Assembly (NCBI RefSeq): GCF_001194135.2
Contig: NC_068985.1
Span: 32,686,998 to 32,750,997 of the forward strand
From: Octopus bimaculoides
Lineage: Eukaryota
DNA length: 64,000 nucleotides
Reading direction: 5' to 3'
How positions within the stretch are numbered: position 1 is the stretch's first letter; the number at the start of each line of letters is the position of its first letter. A model generated the notes under the pieces. That model searched no databases, was not told where the DNA came from, and worked only from the letters and a program-made list of their open reading frames with translations. A program made the position numbers and the translations under genes. Positions 1 through 11,519 of this stretch are shown here, one piece after another.

Positions 1-69
1 TACTATTTCAAACAACACTTTTGTTGGTTATTTTTTCTTGGTCCTTTTCCTTTCCTCCACTGACAGAAA

Positions 70-3000
70 ATGAGTTCACCCAATCTTCCGTCTTTCACTG
101 GCAATGCTACCGCCATATTGAATGAGATCTCACGGCAGCCATTGCCATTTCTGAGATTGCAATCAGCGCCATATTGGTTGAGATCTCGCGGCAGCTATTA
201 CCATCTCCGAGACTGGAGTGACACGCCTGAAGAAAACTCGCTTTTATAGAAGCTTTTCTTCTTCCAGCTGCCTCCCAGCGAGCAAACCGTTTTAGCCACA
301 GCGGTTGATACCAACACCGTGGATCAACTAGCTACCATGGCTGACAAAATTTAAGAGTTTGCTATCCGCCAGCACCTCGCCATGTCTGGTCTTGCTCAGA
401 CATCTCTTCCGCTGCATCTTCCTCATCACATGATGAGATTGTGGAGAAACTTAGCTCCTTAACACGCCACATGGACGCGCTTTGGTGAGGACGCTTCAAC
501 TCTTCGCGTCGTCGCAGTTGGAGCTGGTCTCGTTCATGCTCGACCGATTCTTTTTCTTCTAGTTCCAGTCTTTGTTGGTGCCACGCCCAGTATCAGCACA
601 AGGCCCGCAAACGCATTCAGCCTTGCTGTTTGTTTTCAATCGTCAAAAAACGACCTGCGGAGGGTTTGAGCACGGCAAACACTTCCGGCCAATTCTCATT
701 GAATCATGCATTTTTTGTAAGGGACTGTGTGTCTGGAAAAGCATTTATGGTCGACACAGGTTCTTGTTGCTTTATTTGGCCTTTGAGTTTCGCTACAGAT
801 AAGCCAAAGTGTTCAGGGATCACTTTGCACACGGTCAATTGGTCTCCCATTGCGACTTACCGTCAAGTTTCCTTACATATTAACATTAAACTTCACTGGG
901 ATTTTAGATGGATTTTGTCATAGCTGATCTCCCACATCCTATTCAGGGCGCAGACTTTTTGAACAATTTGAATCTATTGGTAGATGTCAGGCGACAGAGA
1001 CTTGTCGACAGTTCTACGTCTTTGTCTATACCTGCAAAGGTCACTACCAATGCTGTTCTCAGTCCTTCATTTTTTTGTTGCCACTGCTGGTGATGCATTT
1101 CATTCACTCTTAGTGTCTTTCCCAGAGCTGGTGGATCAGCGATTCCAAACGGCAAAACCTACTCACTCCACCCTCCACTATATTACCACCACTGGGCCAC
1201 CTGTTTTTACACGCCTGGGGCGACTTGCTCCAGACCGTCTTAAGAAGACTCGATCCGAGTTTGAGCATATGATCCAGCTTGGCCTTATTCGCCCCTCCAC
1301 CAGCCCCTGGGCATCTCCCCTTCATTTGGCACAAAATGGGGATTCGGATTTTCGCCTGGTGGGGGACTATAGACATTTGAATGCAGTCACTGTTCCTGAT
1401 TGCTACCCTACAAGAGTTCTCCAGGATTTCTCCTCTAATTTGCATGGTTGTACCATTTCCACGAAGGTCGACCTTGTTTGTGCCTATCACCAAATACCAG
1501 TCAATCCTGAGGACATACCAAAAACTGCCATCACTACTCCCTTTGGCAGCTTCAAATTCCTTTTTATGAGTTTCGGTTTGTGGAACGCCATGAACATGTT
1601 CCCACGCTTTATCAATGAAGTTGTCCGTGGACTTGATTTTGTGTCCGCTCATGTCGATGACATACTCGTTTCAAGCGATACGCGTCAGAATCACCTCCAA
1701 CACTAAAATCAACTCTTTCAGCGTCCTCACGCCTACAGTGTGCAAATCAACCCAGATAAGTGTGTTTTCGGGCAGTCCTCTCTGGAATTTCTGGGGCTTT
1801 ATATCGACTCAAATGGTATCAGACCTCTCTCTTCCAAGGTTGATGCAATTCAGCGCATCGCCCCCTCCCCCCACTTCATTACGCCAACTCCGTTACCTTT
1901 TGGGAGTCGTCAACTTCTACAGACAATTCATTTGTGAGTGTGCAGACAACTTACTTCCCTTGACTCAGCTATTGAAAGCAAATACAAAAAAGAATTCTCC
2001 CATTACTTCATCTGCCAAGGCGTTATCTGCTTTTGAGTCAATCAAGAAAGAAATAGCTTCTGTTCCTTTGCTTGCACATCCGGTTCCCAATGCTCTTCTC
2101 TCTTTAACTGTTGATGCATCGGATTCTGCAGTTGGTGCTGTTTTGCAGCACACTGTAGACAATCAGACTAAACCTTTGGTGTTTTTTTCCCGTCAATTGA
2201 AGTCAGCCGAACGTCGGTACAGTACTTTTGATTGAGAGCTCTTGACGATCTACCTGTCAGTTTGTCATTTTCAACATCAACTTGAGGGCTGGGATTTTGT
2301 GAATTATACTGATCACAAGCCTCTTACATAAATTGGACAAACACTCGCCTCGTGCTTTTCATCACCTGGACTATATTTCCCGGTTCACGAGTGACATTCG
2401 GCACATACCTGGAACAGAGAACGTGCTTGCTGACACACTCTCTCATCTTCCTGTGTGCTCCCTTTCATCTCCTGTTGCAATTGATTTAACTGCCATTGCG
2501 CAGGATCAGCCAGCCCTAGACACTTTGGATTTAGCTTCTACCAAGTTGTCCTGTTGCAAGTTTGCCTATCTCCCACTTCTGTCTGCTGAAGGTACCATTC
2601 TTTGTGACACAGCTACTGGTTCTCCCAGACCGTTTGTACCTGAGAACCATCAGCGCTCTGTGTTTGATGCCTTGCATTCACTGTCACATCTTGGCGTCGC
2701 TGCCTCAGTGAAGCTTATTACGGCTTGGTTTTTCTGGCCTAATATGCGTCAGATGATCACCAATTGGGCACGCTCTTGTGTAAAATGCCAGTGTTCTAAA
2801 ATCCACAGGCATATTCACGCTCCTCTTGGACAGTTTTCTCCTCCGGAGACTCGTTTTTGCCATGCCCACATTGATCTGGTTGGACTATGGCCTGTCAGTC
2901 GCGGTTTCTCTTACATATTGACATGCGTTGATCGATTCTCTTGTTGGCCAGAGGCCATTGCGATAGTGGACATTTCCACTGAGTCAGTTGCTCTAGCTTT

Positions 3001-3810
3001 CGTTTCTAATAGAATTGCTTGCTTTGGTGTCCCAGCTAAGATAACCACGACAGTTCGAGGCTTCTTTATTTCGTGAATTGTCACGAATCCTAGGAGTTCA
3101 TCACATTCGCACAACCAGCTACCACCCAGCCTCCAATGAGATGGTCGAACACTTTCACAGGCAACTGAAGGCCGCTCTACACGCCACTTCTGATCCGCAG
3201 TCTTGGACAGAATTCCTGCCTATCGTTCTTCTTGGTTGTCACACTGCTGTTAAAGCAGACTTAAGTTTCTCCTCTGCTGAACTCCTTTATGGTACCACCC
3301 TGGCACAATGTTAGCGCCGGACAACGCATCGCCTCCTGATCCAACGTCGTATGTCACCAGACTTCGCTCGTATTTCTCAAGTCTTCCACCCTTGCATCCG
3401 CGTGATCAGTCTATCCCCTCTCACGTCCCACTGGATATTGGCAAATGGACTCATGTTTTTATTTGGGATGATTCTGTGAGAGGACCTCTCGTTTCTCCTT
3501 ATAAGGGACCATTTCGTGTGCTATTGCACACACCCAAAACTTTTACTCTCGACATCAATGGTCAGGCAAAGACCGTCTCGGTCGACAGACTTAAAAGGGC
3601 ACATTTTGAGGTGTCCACACCCTTTCGATGACACCCTAAACACGCCCACCTTTGATCCTTTACAACCACCCTCACATGTACCTTTGACCACACTATCACC
3701 TCCACCTTCGTCGCCACTACCTAACAGGAACAAACATTATGTCACCAGGACAGGCCGCACTGTGCATTGGCCCCCACCAAAACTCACTAAAACTATTTAT
3801 ATCTGACAAT
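70..3810 (+). mobile_element. Ty3/Gypsy internal region (CsRn1-like), degraded gag-PR-RT-RH-IN, copy 1
   Basis: gag LPPSEQTVLA..DQLATMADKI; degenerate CHCC motif CWCHAQYQHKARKRIQPC (573-626); protease FMVDTGS; [23 protein letters not shown]; RNase H LTVDASDSAVGAVL; integrase HIDLVG and GPY/F PYKGPF. Many stops and frameshifts; no 3' LTR recognised. Confidence 0.95.
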
Positions 3811-3924
3811 CTCTTTTCTGTTTCCTGTGACAGACAATTGCTTTCTTGTGTTACTGGACAGTTCCAATACTCTGCCATTGAACATTTTGTCAAATTTTGT
3901 GCATGCCAATTTATATTTCTTTTG

Positions 3925-3990
3925 ATAACAACAAATAAAATGAGGACAAATGTAAATAATTCCTCATCTCTTGAATATGGAACTGAACAA
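3925..3990 (+). mobile_element. Fragment of a Penelope 3'-terminal repeat tail
   Basis: caaatgtaaataattcctcatctcttgaatatggaact matches the reverse complement of 21260-21307. Confidence 0.55.
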
Positions 3991-5616
3991 CGTATTAGTT
4001 ACAGGTTTTCAATCACTTATATTTCGGTGAAAGTTACAAGAGAGTGTGAACTTGATACAGGACGAATAGCGCAAGAGAATTCGTTCGAAGAGAACTGGGG
4101 TTCATATTCTTTTACAGTGTATGATCGAATAAAGAATGTAATTGCGAGGCGACTCACAACTATTCCCCATTTGCTTTTCTAGTTTTCTTCATTTTTTTTG
4201 TTAGTAAAAAGTTTAAAAAAAAAGGTAATTTTAGTGACATTTAAATTGAGCTTTGACTTCTCAGGTAAATTTGCTAAGTCACACAATATTAAATTAAACT
4301 TGAAGCTCAGTTCAAATTCAACGTTAAGTAACAGTATGCAAATATGTTAATGATTGTTTTTATGACCAGTTATAATAAAAACAATTTTACGTTAATCTGA
4401 TGGGTTACTTTATACTTTTGTATACAAGGTCGCCAAAGTGAAATGATTTCTAATTACATATGTAAACAAATACGACGAACATCTGCACGGTCATTCAAGC
4501 TGTTAGAAATAGCAGCCAAATAACAGCCATGTCTACTGGGGGTAAATAAGAACACATATAAGCAAGAATCGAACTATGCAATCCTTCATTTTACAGCCGT
4601 AAACTCAAAAAATATGCCTTTAAATTTTCTGAAAAAAACAAACAATAATACTTCAAAAATGTATGTGTAATATAAAATATATAATTTGTATATATTTAAC
4701 AAGGATATTGTTTGATCCAATATAGTTGTGGCTCCAGAGTATTTTTGAGTTACATTCACGCACGATTTCTTGTTTGGGTACCTATTGTTTTGGATCCGTA
4801 TTAAATACATATTCTATATAAATATGTTAATGATTGTTTTTATGACCAGTTATGAGAAAAACAATTTTACGTTAATCTGATGGGTCACTTTATACTTTTT
4901 GTAGAGTACAATAATTATTTGTCGATGTCATAACAACTGTACATTGCATCACTAGTTGGTGGTCACACTTTCAGTTCGAAAGCCCTATGACAAAGGACTT
5001 TCTAACCGCAAGTATCTTTCTAGGAGCGTCTCGGACTGTATTATCCAATATCTTGCCTTACTTTAATATTATAGGGTATGGTGAGGAAATTTGGCTGCTA
5101 TTTCTACCAGATTGAACGACCAAGGAAAGCACATTGAATATAAAACTAGCAACCTGTGAATTTTTTTTTTCTTTACTATTAATTGAGCATATCCTGTTTA
5201 ACTTAAAATAGCTTGTCAACTACTGACACGTTTAAGAAATTATAGGCCAAGAACTTGATATGGATCAATATGAAAGGTTCTGAAACAAAATCAAAAGTGT
5301 GGGCAAAATATCTGAGTGCTATTTTATGTCTGCTTTTCTAATATACCTATTATGCATGAAATAATTTAATAGTTTTCATCTACCACCAACTCGTTCTTGA
5401 CTCGTTATGCGACGTATATAAATAGCTGTACCGAATTACTTTTAAAGGAAATTACATTCATACACCTATAACCTGATACGGACATTAAAATTGCGTATTT
5501 TCGTAATGAAAAAATAAATAAAAACTGAATATCAAAACGAAACAATTGATTAGGGGCAGTAAACAAGTGTACACTAATGTCTAAAAAGAAGAAGAAAAAA
5601 AAAGGTTTGTTCTTAC

Positions 5617-5956
5617 GTTCGGTATTCTGATGTAAGTTAGCTACGTATAAGTATTTACAGATATATGCGAACTTTTGACAGAATTCTTGACAAGGAACAA
5701 TAGCTTCAGCTATACCAGGAGCCATTTCGGGTAGTTTTCTACAGACAGTAACATCAGATGTTGTAGCTTGAGGCACACAAAATTTTTGATAGTCTTTCAA
5801 ATATATACATGTCGGGTGCCAAGGCTCAAAAGTGTCAATATTAATGCAGCTTGAAGGTAAGTCGAGACAATGAGGTGAGCTACTTAGGCAAGGTTGATAG
5901 AAACAGCATAAACAAAATAATAAAAAACCAGCAACCGTCTGACCAAAACTGGCCAT
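5617..5956 (-). CDS. Probable first coding exon of an unidentified secreted cysteine-rich protein
   Basis: MASFGQTVAGFLLFCLCCFYQPCLS signal-peptide-like start, then 8 Cys ending PCQEFCQKFAYIC. Donor GTAAGA at 5616 (alternative GTAAAT at 5658). The ORF turns T-rich and intron-like afterwards. ETS motifs lie ~150 bp upstream. Confidence 0.55.
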
Positions 5957-6099
5957 TGTTATTCCTCTGAGTAAAAATCCAAGTCCAACTTTTATTGTAA
6001 TCTTGGTACCCTGAATCAACTAATCTTGCAAATCTTATAAAACAAAAGTAGGAAGCGTTTTCCTTTAGAAGTCAAAATGAATCAGGACCGTGTGACTAA

Positions 6100-6136
6100 A
6101 CGGAAGTAGTGTTGTACAACAAGATAACCGGAAGTG
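6100..6136. promoter_or_regulatory. Two ETS/GABP-type motifs, probable promoter
   Basis: ACGGAAGTA at 6100-6108 and ACCGGAAGTG at 6127-6136, upstream of the minus-strand signal-peptide exon. Confidence 0.5.
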
Positions 6137-6724
6137 AGTTGGTGCTAAGCTTTATGAAAGCTGACAATTATTGTGACAAATGCTTATCTGTCGTTGTGAA
6201 GGCCATTATTTCATGGCTATTTGTTTGACTCGCATCTTTCAATGACCCGAGACTAAATTTCCTTGTGTTTCGAAAATGTTCGTTCTTCTTTTTTGTAATT
6301 TTATACATTAACGGCATAACTACAGTTTGGTACCCCTCTTCCTACTGACATTGTTTTACATAACTTTCTTAATACATTTTTTTTTTTAATGAAATTAGAT
6401 ATAAAACATTTTTCAGACTTGGAAACGACAGCTCTAATTCCTTTTTACATGCACGGATTCGCAGGTGCATATGCACACAAATATGTGTACGTGGACACGC
6501 GAAAACATACGTTTTGCTAAAGGCGTCTCCCTCTGAAAAAAAAAGTGGGTGGATGGATGGAATACCTGCCATAAAAGCCTGATAAATAGGAGCTAATTTT
6601 GGGTTAAGCATCAATAACAACTAGCGGTAGCTTCGTGGTATTTGTGGACAAAAGATGTGATGATGATCATTCTGTTTATGATAATGGCTGTGACAGCAAG
6701 GGCAGTGATGTTAATAATGTTCAT

Positions 6725-6946
6725 CAGTGATTCTCAAGCAATTTTGCCTATAGACCCCTTTTGATTCTCATTTTACTCGGATGGATCTTAATGGTCATTT
6801 GATACTTAAAAATATCCTCATATATTATTACGAATTGTATTTTTTTTTAAATAGAAGATATTTTGAGTATTGCAGAAGTTTAAGCAATTCAAGGCACATA
6901 AATTTCATCAAAATAATCATATAAGGACTCTGGTTGAGAACTACTG
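6725..6946. mobile_element. hAT-Charlie-type MITE (222 bp)
   Basis: TIRs CAGTGATTCTCAA ... TTGAGAACTACTG; flanking 8-mers atgttcat/atgtagtt match 5/8 (decayed TSD). Confidence 0.7.
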
Positions 6947-7647
6947 ATGTAGTTGAAAGCTATGGTAATTATGGCGATAGCAGTATGTGGGTATTAGTGT
7001 AATAAAGACCATAAAAAGGAAGTAATGATAGAAGTGGAGTTGAGATAGATTACGGGCTTCTGGTAGTGGTGGTGACGATGGTGAACAGAAATCATTAAGA
7101 TGCACATATATACGGACAAGAAAATGCACCCCACCACCCTGCGTCACTTTCGTGGATATGGACAAGAAGAAAGGGTGGAGAGGGAAGAGCTTTCCTCCAG
7201 CGAATTTGTCAAAAGGTCAGTGACAATGTAAAAATGTTTAAGGGAACAACTCTATGCATGCGACCTGTAGATTGGAGAACAATAGTTGGTGAGGGATTGT
7301 GCTCTTGGTGGTGAGGTTGATACTGAATAAATGAGAGTTCCTTGATCAGCCTCTCCTGTATCAGGAAAACTACATTATCCATGTGTTTGCATATTTTGTA
7401 TACTACATAAATTTTTTATCTTATCTCCCTCTCTTTTCCCTTCTTTCTCTTCATCTTATCGTGTTAAATATATATTGAATAACAATAAACCATTCACAGA
7501 AATAAGAGAAACATTGTAAAGAGAGTGATGCTTCTCCTTAGGAAGGCCTCCATACAGTCACTCAACCACTAAATTGAGCCATTTCATTTGTCAAATTGTA
7601 AAATGTCCTTGCAATATGCTCAGATGCTCATTTGGAAAGCAAAAGAA

Positions 7648-8010
7648 ATAATAATAATAACCCTTTCTACTATAGGTACAAGACATGACACTTTGGGGGT
7701 GAGGGCTAGTTGATTACATCGATCCTATTTCTCAACTGGTACTTATTTCATTGACCCCAAAAGGATGAAAGGCAAAGACAACCTTGGCGGAATTTGAACT
7801 CAGAACGTAAAGACGGACAAAATACTGCTAAGCATCTTGCCTGGCATGCTAACGATTCTGCTTGCTCGCTGCCTCATAATAATAATAATAATAATAATCC
7901 TTTCTACTATAGGCACAAGGACTGAAATTTGTGGGGAGGGAGCTAGTTGATTACATCAACGCCACTGCATAACTGGTACTTATTTCATTGACCATCAAAC
8001 GAATGAAAAT
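7648..8010 (-). mobile_element. Two head-to-tail tRNA-derived SINEs (one near complete, one 3' fragment)
   Basis: Reverse complement contains B-box-like GAGTTCAAATTCC, the body GCCTTTCATCC..AAGTACCAG and (ATT)n tails; same family as 8497-9047. Confidence 0.8.
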
Positions 8011-8099
8011 GGTAGAGCAGTCTTCAATAGATTCAACCAATAGTTGGATTTGTCCCCCACACAAAACAGCTGTTCGACATAACTCCACAAATCAACAAT

Positions 8100-8460
8100 A
8101 CTCATACACTGCATGAGTGGGAGCAGAATGGTTTTATCATTCTGTATGCATCTTGGACAGTCCTACCTGGCAGCACTTCCATGCCTGTAGAGTTTATCTT
8201 GAACCAGCAGAGCTCCTTGGCAGCACTGTCAGGGCAGGGATTTCTGGAAGGTATTCCTGGTGGTACCAACTTGAAAGTCCTCTGAAAAAGACCAGCAAGC
8301 TTGTTCATCCCTATTAATGCCTAGAGTTTTCCCAAGAATGTCCATGTTCTTATGCACTACTTGATTTCTATGTATAGCAAACATAATTTCCACTAATTGC
8401 ATTGCTTGATTGGTAGAGGGCAGTGAGTGCCTGATGACATTCCAGATGCCAAGAGTAATA
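8100..8460 (-). mobile_element. 5' fragment of an ORF1/gag-like retroelement, homologous to 47940-48145
   Basis: MNKLAGLFQRTFKL aligns with ENQLTGVF*RTFTL at ~47980; shared DNA blocks gaaagtcct..gacacca and tgatgacatt..gatgc. Confidence 0.5.
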
Positions 8461-8496
8461 ATGTTGTCATTGCTGGTGGCATCAGTGTTAAAATGG

Positions 8497-9047
8497 TGAG
8501 CTGAGCAAAATGCTGCTAAGCATTTTGTCTGTCTTTATGGTTTGAGTTTAAGTTCTGCCAAGACTGACATTGCCTTTCATCCTTTTGGAGTCAATAAATA
8601 ATGCACCAGTGAAACACTGGGCTCGATGTAATCGACTAGTCCCCTCCCCCAAGACTTCAGGTCTTGTTCCTTCAGTAGAAAGGATTATTATTATTTAAGG
8701 TGACGAGCTGGCAGAATCATTAGCACACTGGACAAAATACTTAGCGGTATTTTGACTGTTGCTACATGAGTTCAAATTCTGCTACGGTCAACATTGCCTT
8801 TCATCCTTTCAAGGTCGATAAATTAAGTACTAGTGAAATACTGGAGTCAATGTAATTGACTCATCCCCTTCCCCAAAATAGCTGCCCTTGTGGTAAAATT
8901 TTGCAACCATTATCATTGTTGTTGTTGTTAAGATGGCAAGCTGCCAGAATTGTTAGCATGCAGGACAAAATGTGTAGCAGCATTTTGTCTGTCTTTACGT
9001 TCTGAGTTCAAATTCTGTCATGGTCGACTTTGTCTTTTATCATTTCA
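8497..9047 (+). mobile_element. Three tandem tRNA-derived SINE copies
   Basis: Repeated head GCTGGCAGAAT..TTAGCA, GAGTTCAAATTC, GCCTTTCATCC and AAGTACCAGT; copies start near 8497, 8698 and 8930. Confidence 0.8.
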
Positions 9048-9809
9048 GTAACTCTAGATTGTATATGACTCAGACTAGAATTGTCCCACCCATGCAAGTA
9101 TTGACGGTGAACATAAAAATGACAATGATGATATGTGTGTGTGCAAAAGATTCTATTGTGATATGAAATCTACATTCCCATCCTGTTTTGAATGGAATAA
9201 ATATGAGTTGCTTTTTAATTATTAAAACATGAAAATAACATCAAGAAGGAAACAAATTCTGTTTCTATTTGACCAAAGGTAAAACAGATATTGAATAACA
9301 ATAAACCATTCACAGAAATAAGAGAAACATTGTAAAGAGAGTGATGCTTCTCCTTAGGAAGGCCTCCATACAGTCACTCAACCACTAAATTGAGCCATTT
9401 CATTTGTCACTGAGCTGTTTCAGTACAACCACACTGTATATAGAAAAGTTAAGTTATAGCAGCTACCACTAATCTGTTTCATTAAAACTCCTAAAAGGTT
9501 TTATCATGCCAACTATCACAGATTTTTCAAATAAATAATTAAAAGTTACTAAATATTTAAAGTTATTTCACTAATGTTTTCCTTTTTTTATTTCATTATT
9601 TTATAAGTTTGAGGTAAGGGAAATTGGAGAAGCTGGAGGTAGGTAGGTAAGATATGTGATGACATGGAAAGTGTACTGATAGGCACAAGAGAGTGAAGGG
9701 GCCTGCAGGCGTTGGGAAGATTGGGGAGTTTCGACAGAAGCCAGATAATATATATGTGCGAGGAAGGGCATGGTTGGAAAGGACATGCATGTATGTCTGA
9801 ATAATCATG

Positions 9810-10410
9810 ATTTTATTTAGCTTGACATGTCTTCTCAAGTGCAGCAAATTGCCAGAAGTCTTGGTCATTTGTCATCTCCTCTGTGAGGCTTGACAACTGA
9901 AGATCATTTCTCACTACTTCATCCCATGTCTTCTTAGGTCTACCCCTTTCACAGGTTCCCTCTACAATTAGAGATTGGCACTTCTTTATGCTGCTGTCCT
10001 CATCCATATGCATCACATGACCGTACCAGCACAGTCTTCTCTTTTGCACACTACATCTGATGCCTCTTATATTCACATTTACGCTTCATCATTCATGCAC
10101 ACTGACATTGGACATCCAGTATAGCATGCTGGCTTCAATTCTTTCAAACCTACACATGTCCTCTGTGTTCACAGCCCATGTTTCATTGCTATGTAGCATG
10201 ACTGTCCATATACAGGCATCATACAATCTGTCTTTCACTGTGTGGTAGAGGCCCTTTGATACCAACAAAGTAACTCTCTGAATTTTGCCTAGTCTGTTCC
10301 TATTTTAGCAACTATGCTCTTAGAGCATCCATATCCACTGTTGACTTGTTCACCTAGATAACAGAAACTATCTATTACTTCTAAGAATCACCCAGGACAT
10401 TTGAGGAAGT
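9810..10410 (-). mobile_element. RTE LINE 3' coding fragment
   Basis: IRGIRCSVQKRRLCWYGHVMHMDEDSSIKKC..GRPKKTWDEVV, typical RTE C-terminus. Confidence 0.9.
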
Positions 10411-11519
10411 TCATTTTTTGTTTTGTACCTTCTGAGAGTGGGCCTCCTGGCCCTTAGCTTGGTGTGTACAGTATTGAAATGTATTCATAAGATACATATT
10501 GGCATCTATCATACTGCCCATTTTCCTCTCCATATGTTTGGCCATTGAAGACACTAGAAAATATGCACAGCTAAGAATTTCTCTTGCTTTTAATTGCCTC
10601 ATTCATTCAAACTCATCTATTCTCTAAAATAATTCTTTTTTGATTGTTCTAACCCTACAATGATAAGCCTTGTTTCTTGGCTGTACATATTTCGTACTTT
10701 TCTCTAAAATAATTCTTGCTTGTTTGCTCAACCTCTTAAAATGACCTTCATCAAATAACTTCCAAATTTACAATCTCTCCCTCTAAAATAATAATCCCTT
10801 CCCTCGTTTCTTGACAACATATATATACGCATTTTGTACCGTTCACTAAAATAATTTCCTTCCTGTCTGTATCTCTTATTTCTTGTTGCAATGGCTACTC
10901 CCTGCTATTTCTCTTTCAAGCTTAGGGCAAAGTCTGCCATCTTCATCTATTTCCGGCTGTCGCCTCCACACCTGTTCCCCACCTCTCAGACTTGCGTTAG
11001 TTTAGGACACTCAAAAATATGCACAGCTAAGCTAAGAATTTCTCTTGTTTTTAATCGCTTCATTCATTCAAACTCATCTGTTCTCTAAAATAAGTCTTTC
11101 TTGTTTGTTCTAACCCTACAATGATAAACCTTGTTTCTTGGCTGTACATAATTCGTACTTTTCTCTAAAATAATTCTTTCTTGTTTGTTCTACCCCTTAA
11201 AATGACCTTTCATGTCAGTGGTTGTTCCCACCCTTTCCCATCCCCACCACCAATACCAGAAATCTCTTTCTCTTACCAGCCATCCAGTTGCCCTTCCCCT
11301 CTCTCCTCTTATATCGGTAATCTTGCCACCTTCTCCTTTCCCTCCCCCACCATCTCTGGACTAACTAAACCAGATAGCACCCACTTACCTTCTCACTTTT
11401 TTTTTTTTACATTTATATCTGCAGCATCAGTAATGCTTACACCCACAATGCTCATAACGCTTATATTTACAACACCCCAAACACTTTCATATACAATGCT
11501 TCCTTACTCCCACCCCTCC

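Noticed and set aside
3739-4182. 147-aa plus-strand ORF
   Set aside because: It runs from the Gypsy end through a Penelope tail fragment and has no recognisable motif.
7472-9409. TRIM or LTR pair interpretation of the 122-bp repeats
   Set aside because: No TG..CA termini, PBS, PPT or TSD.
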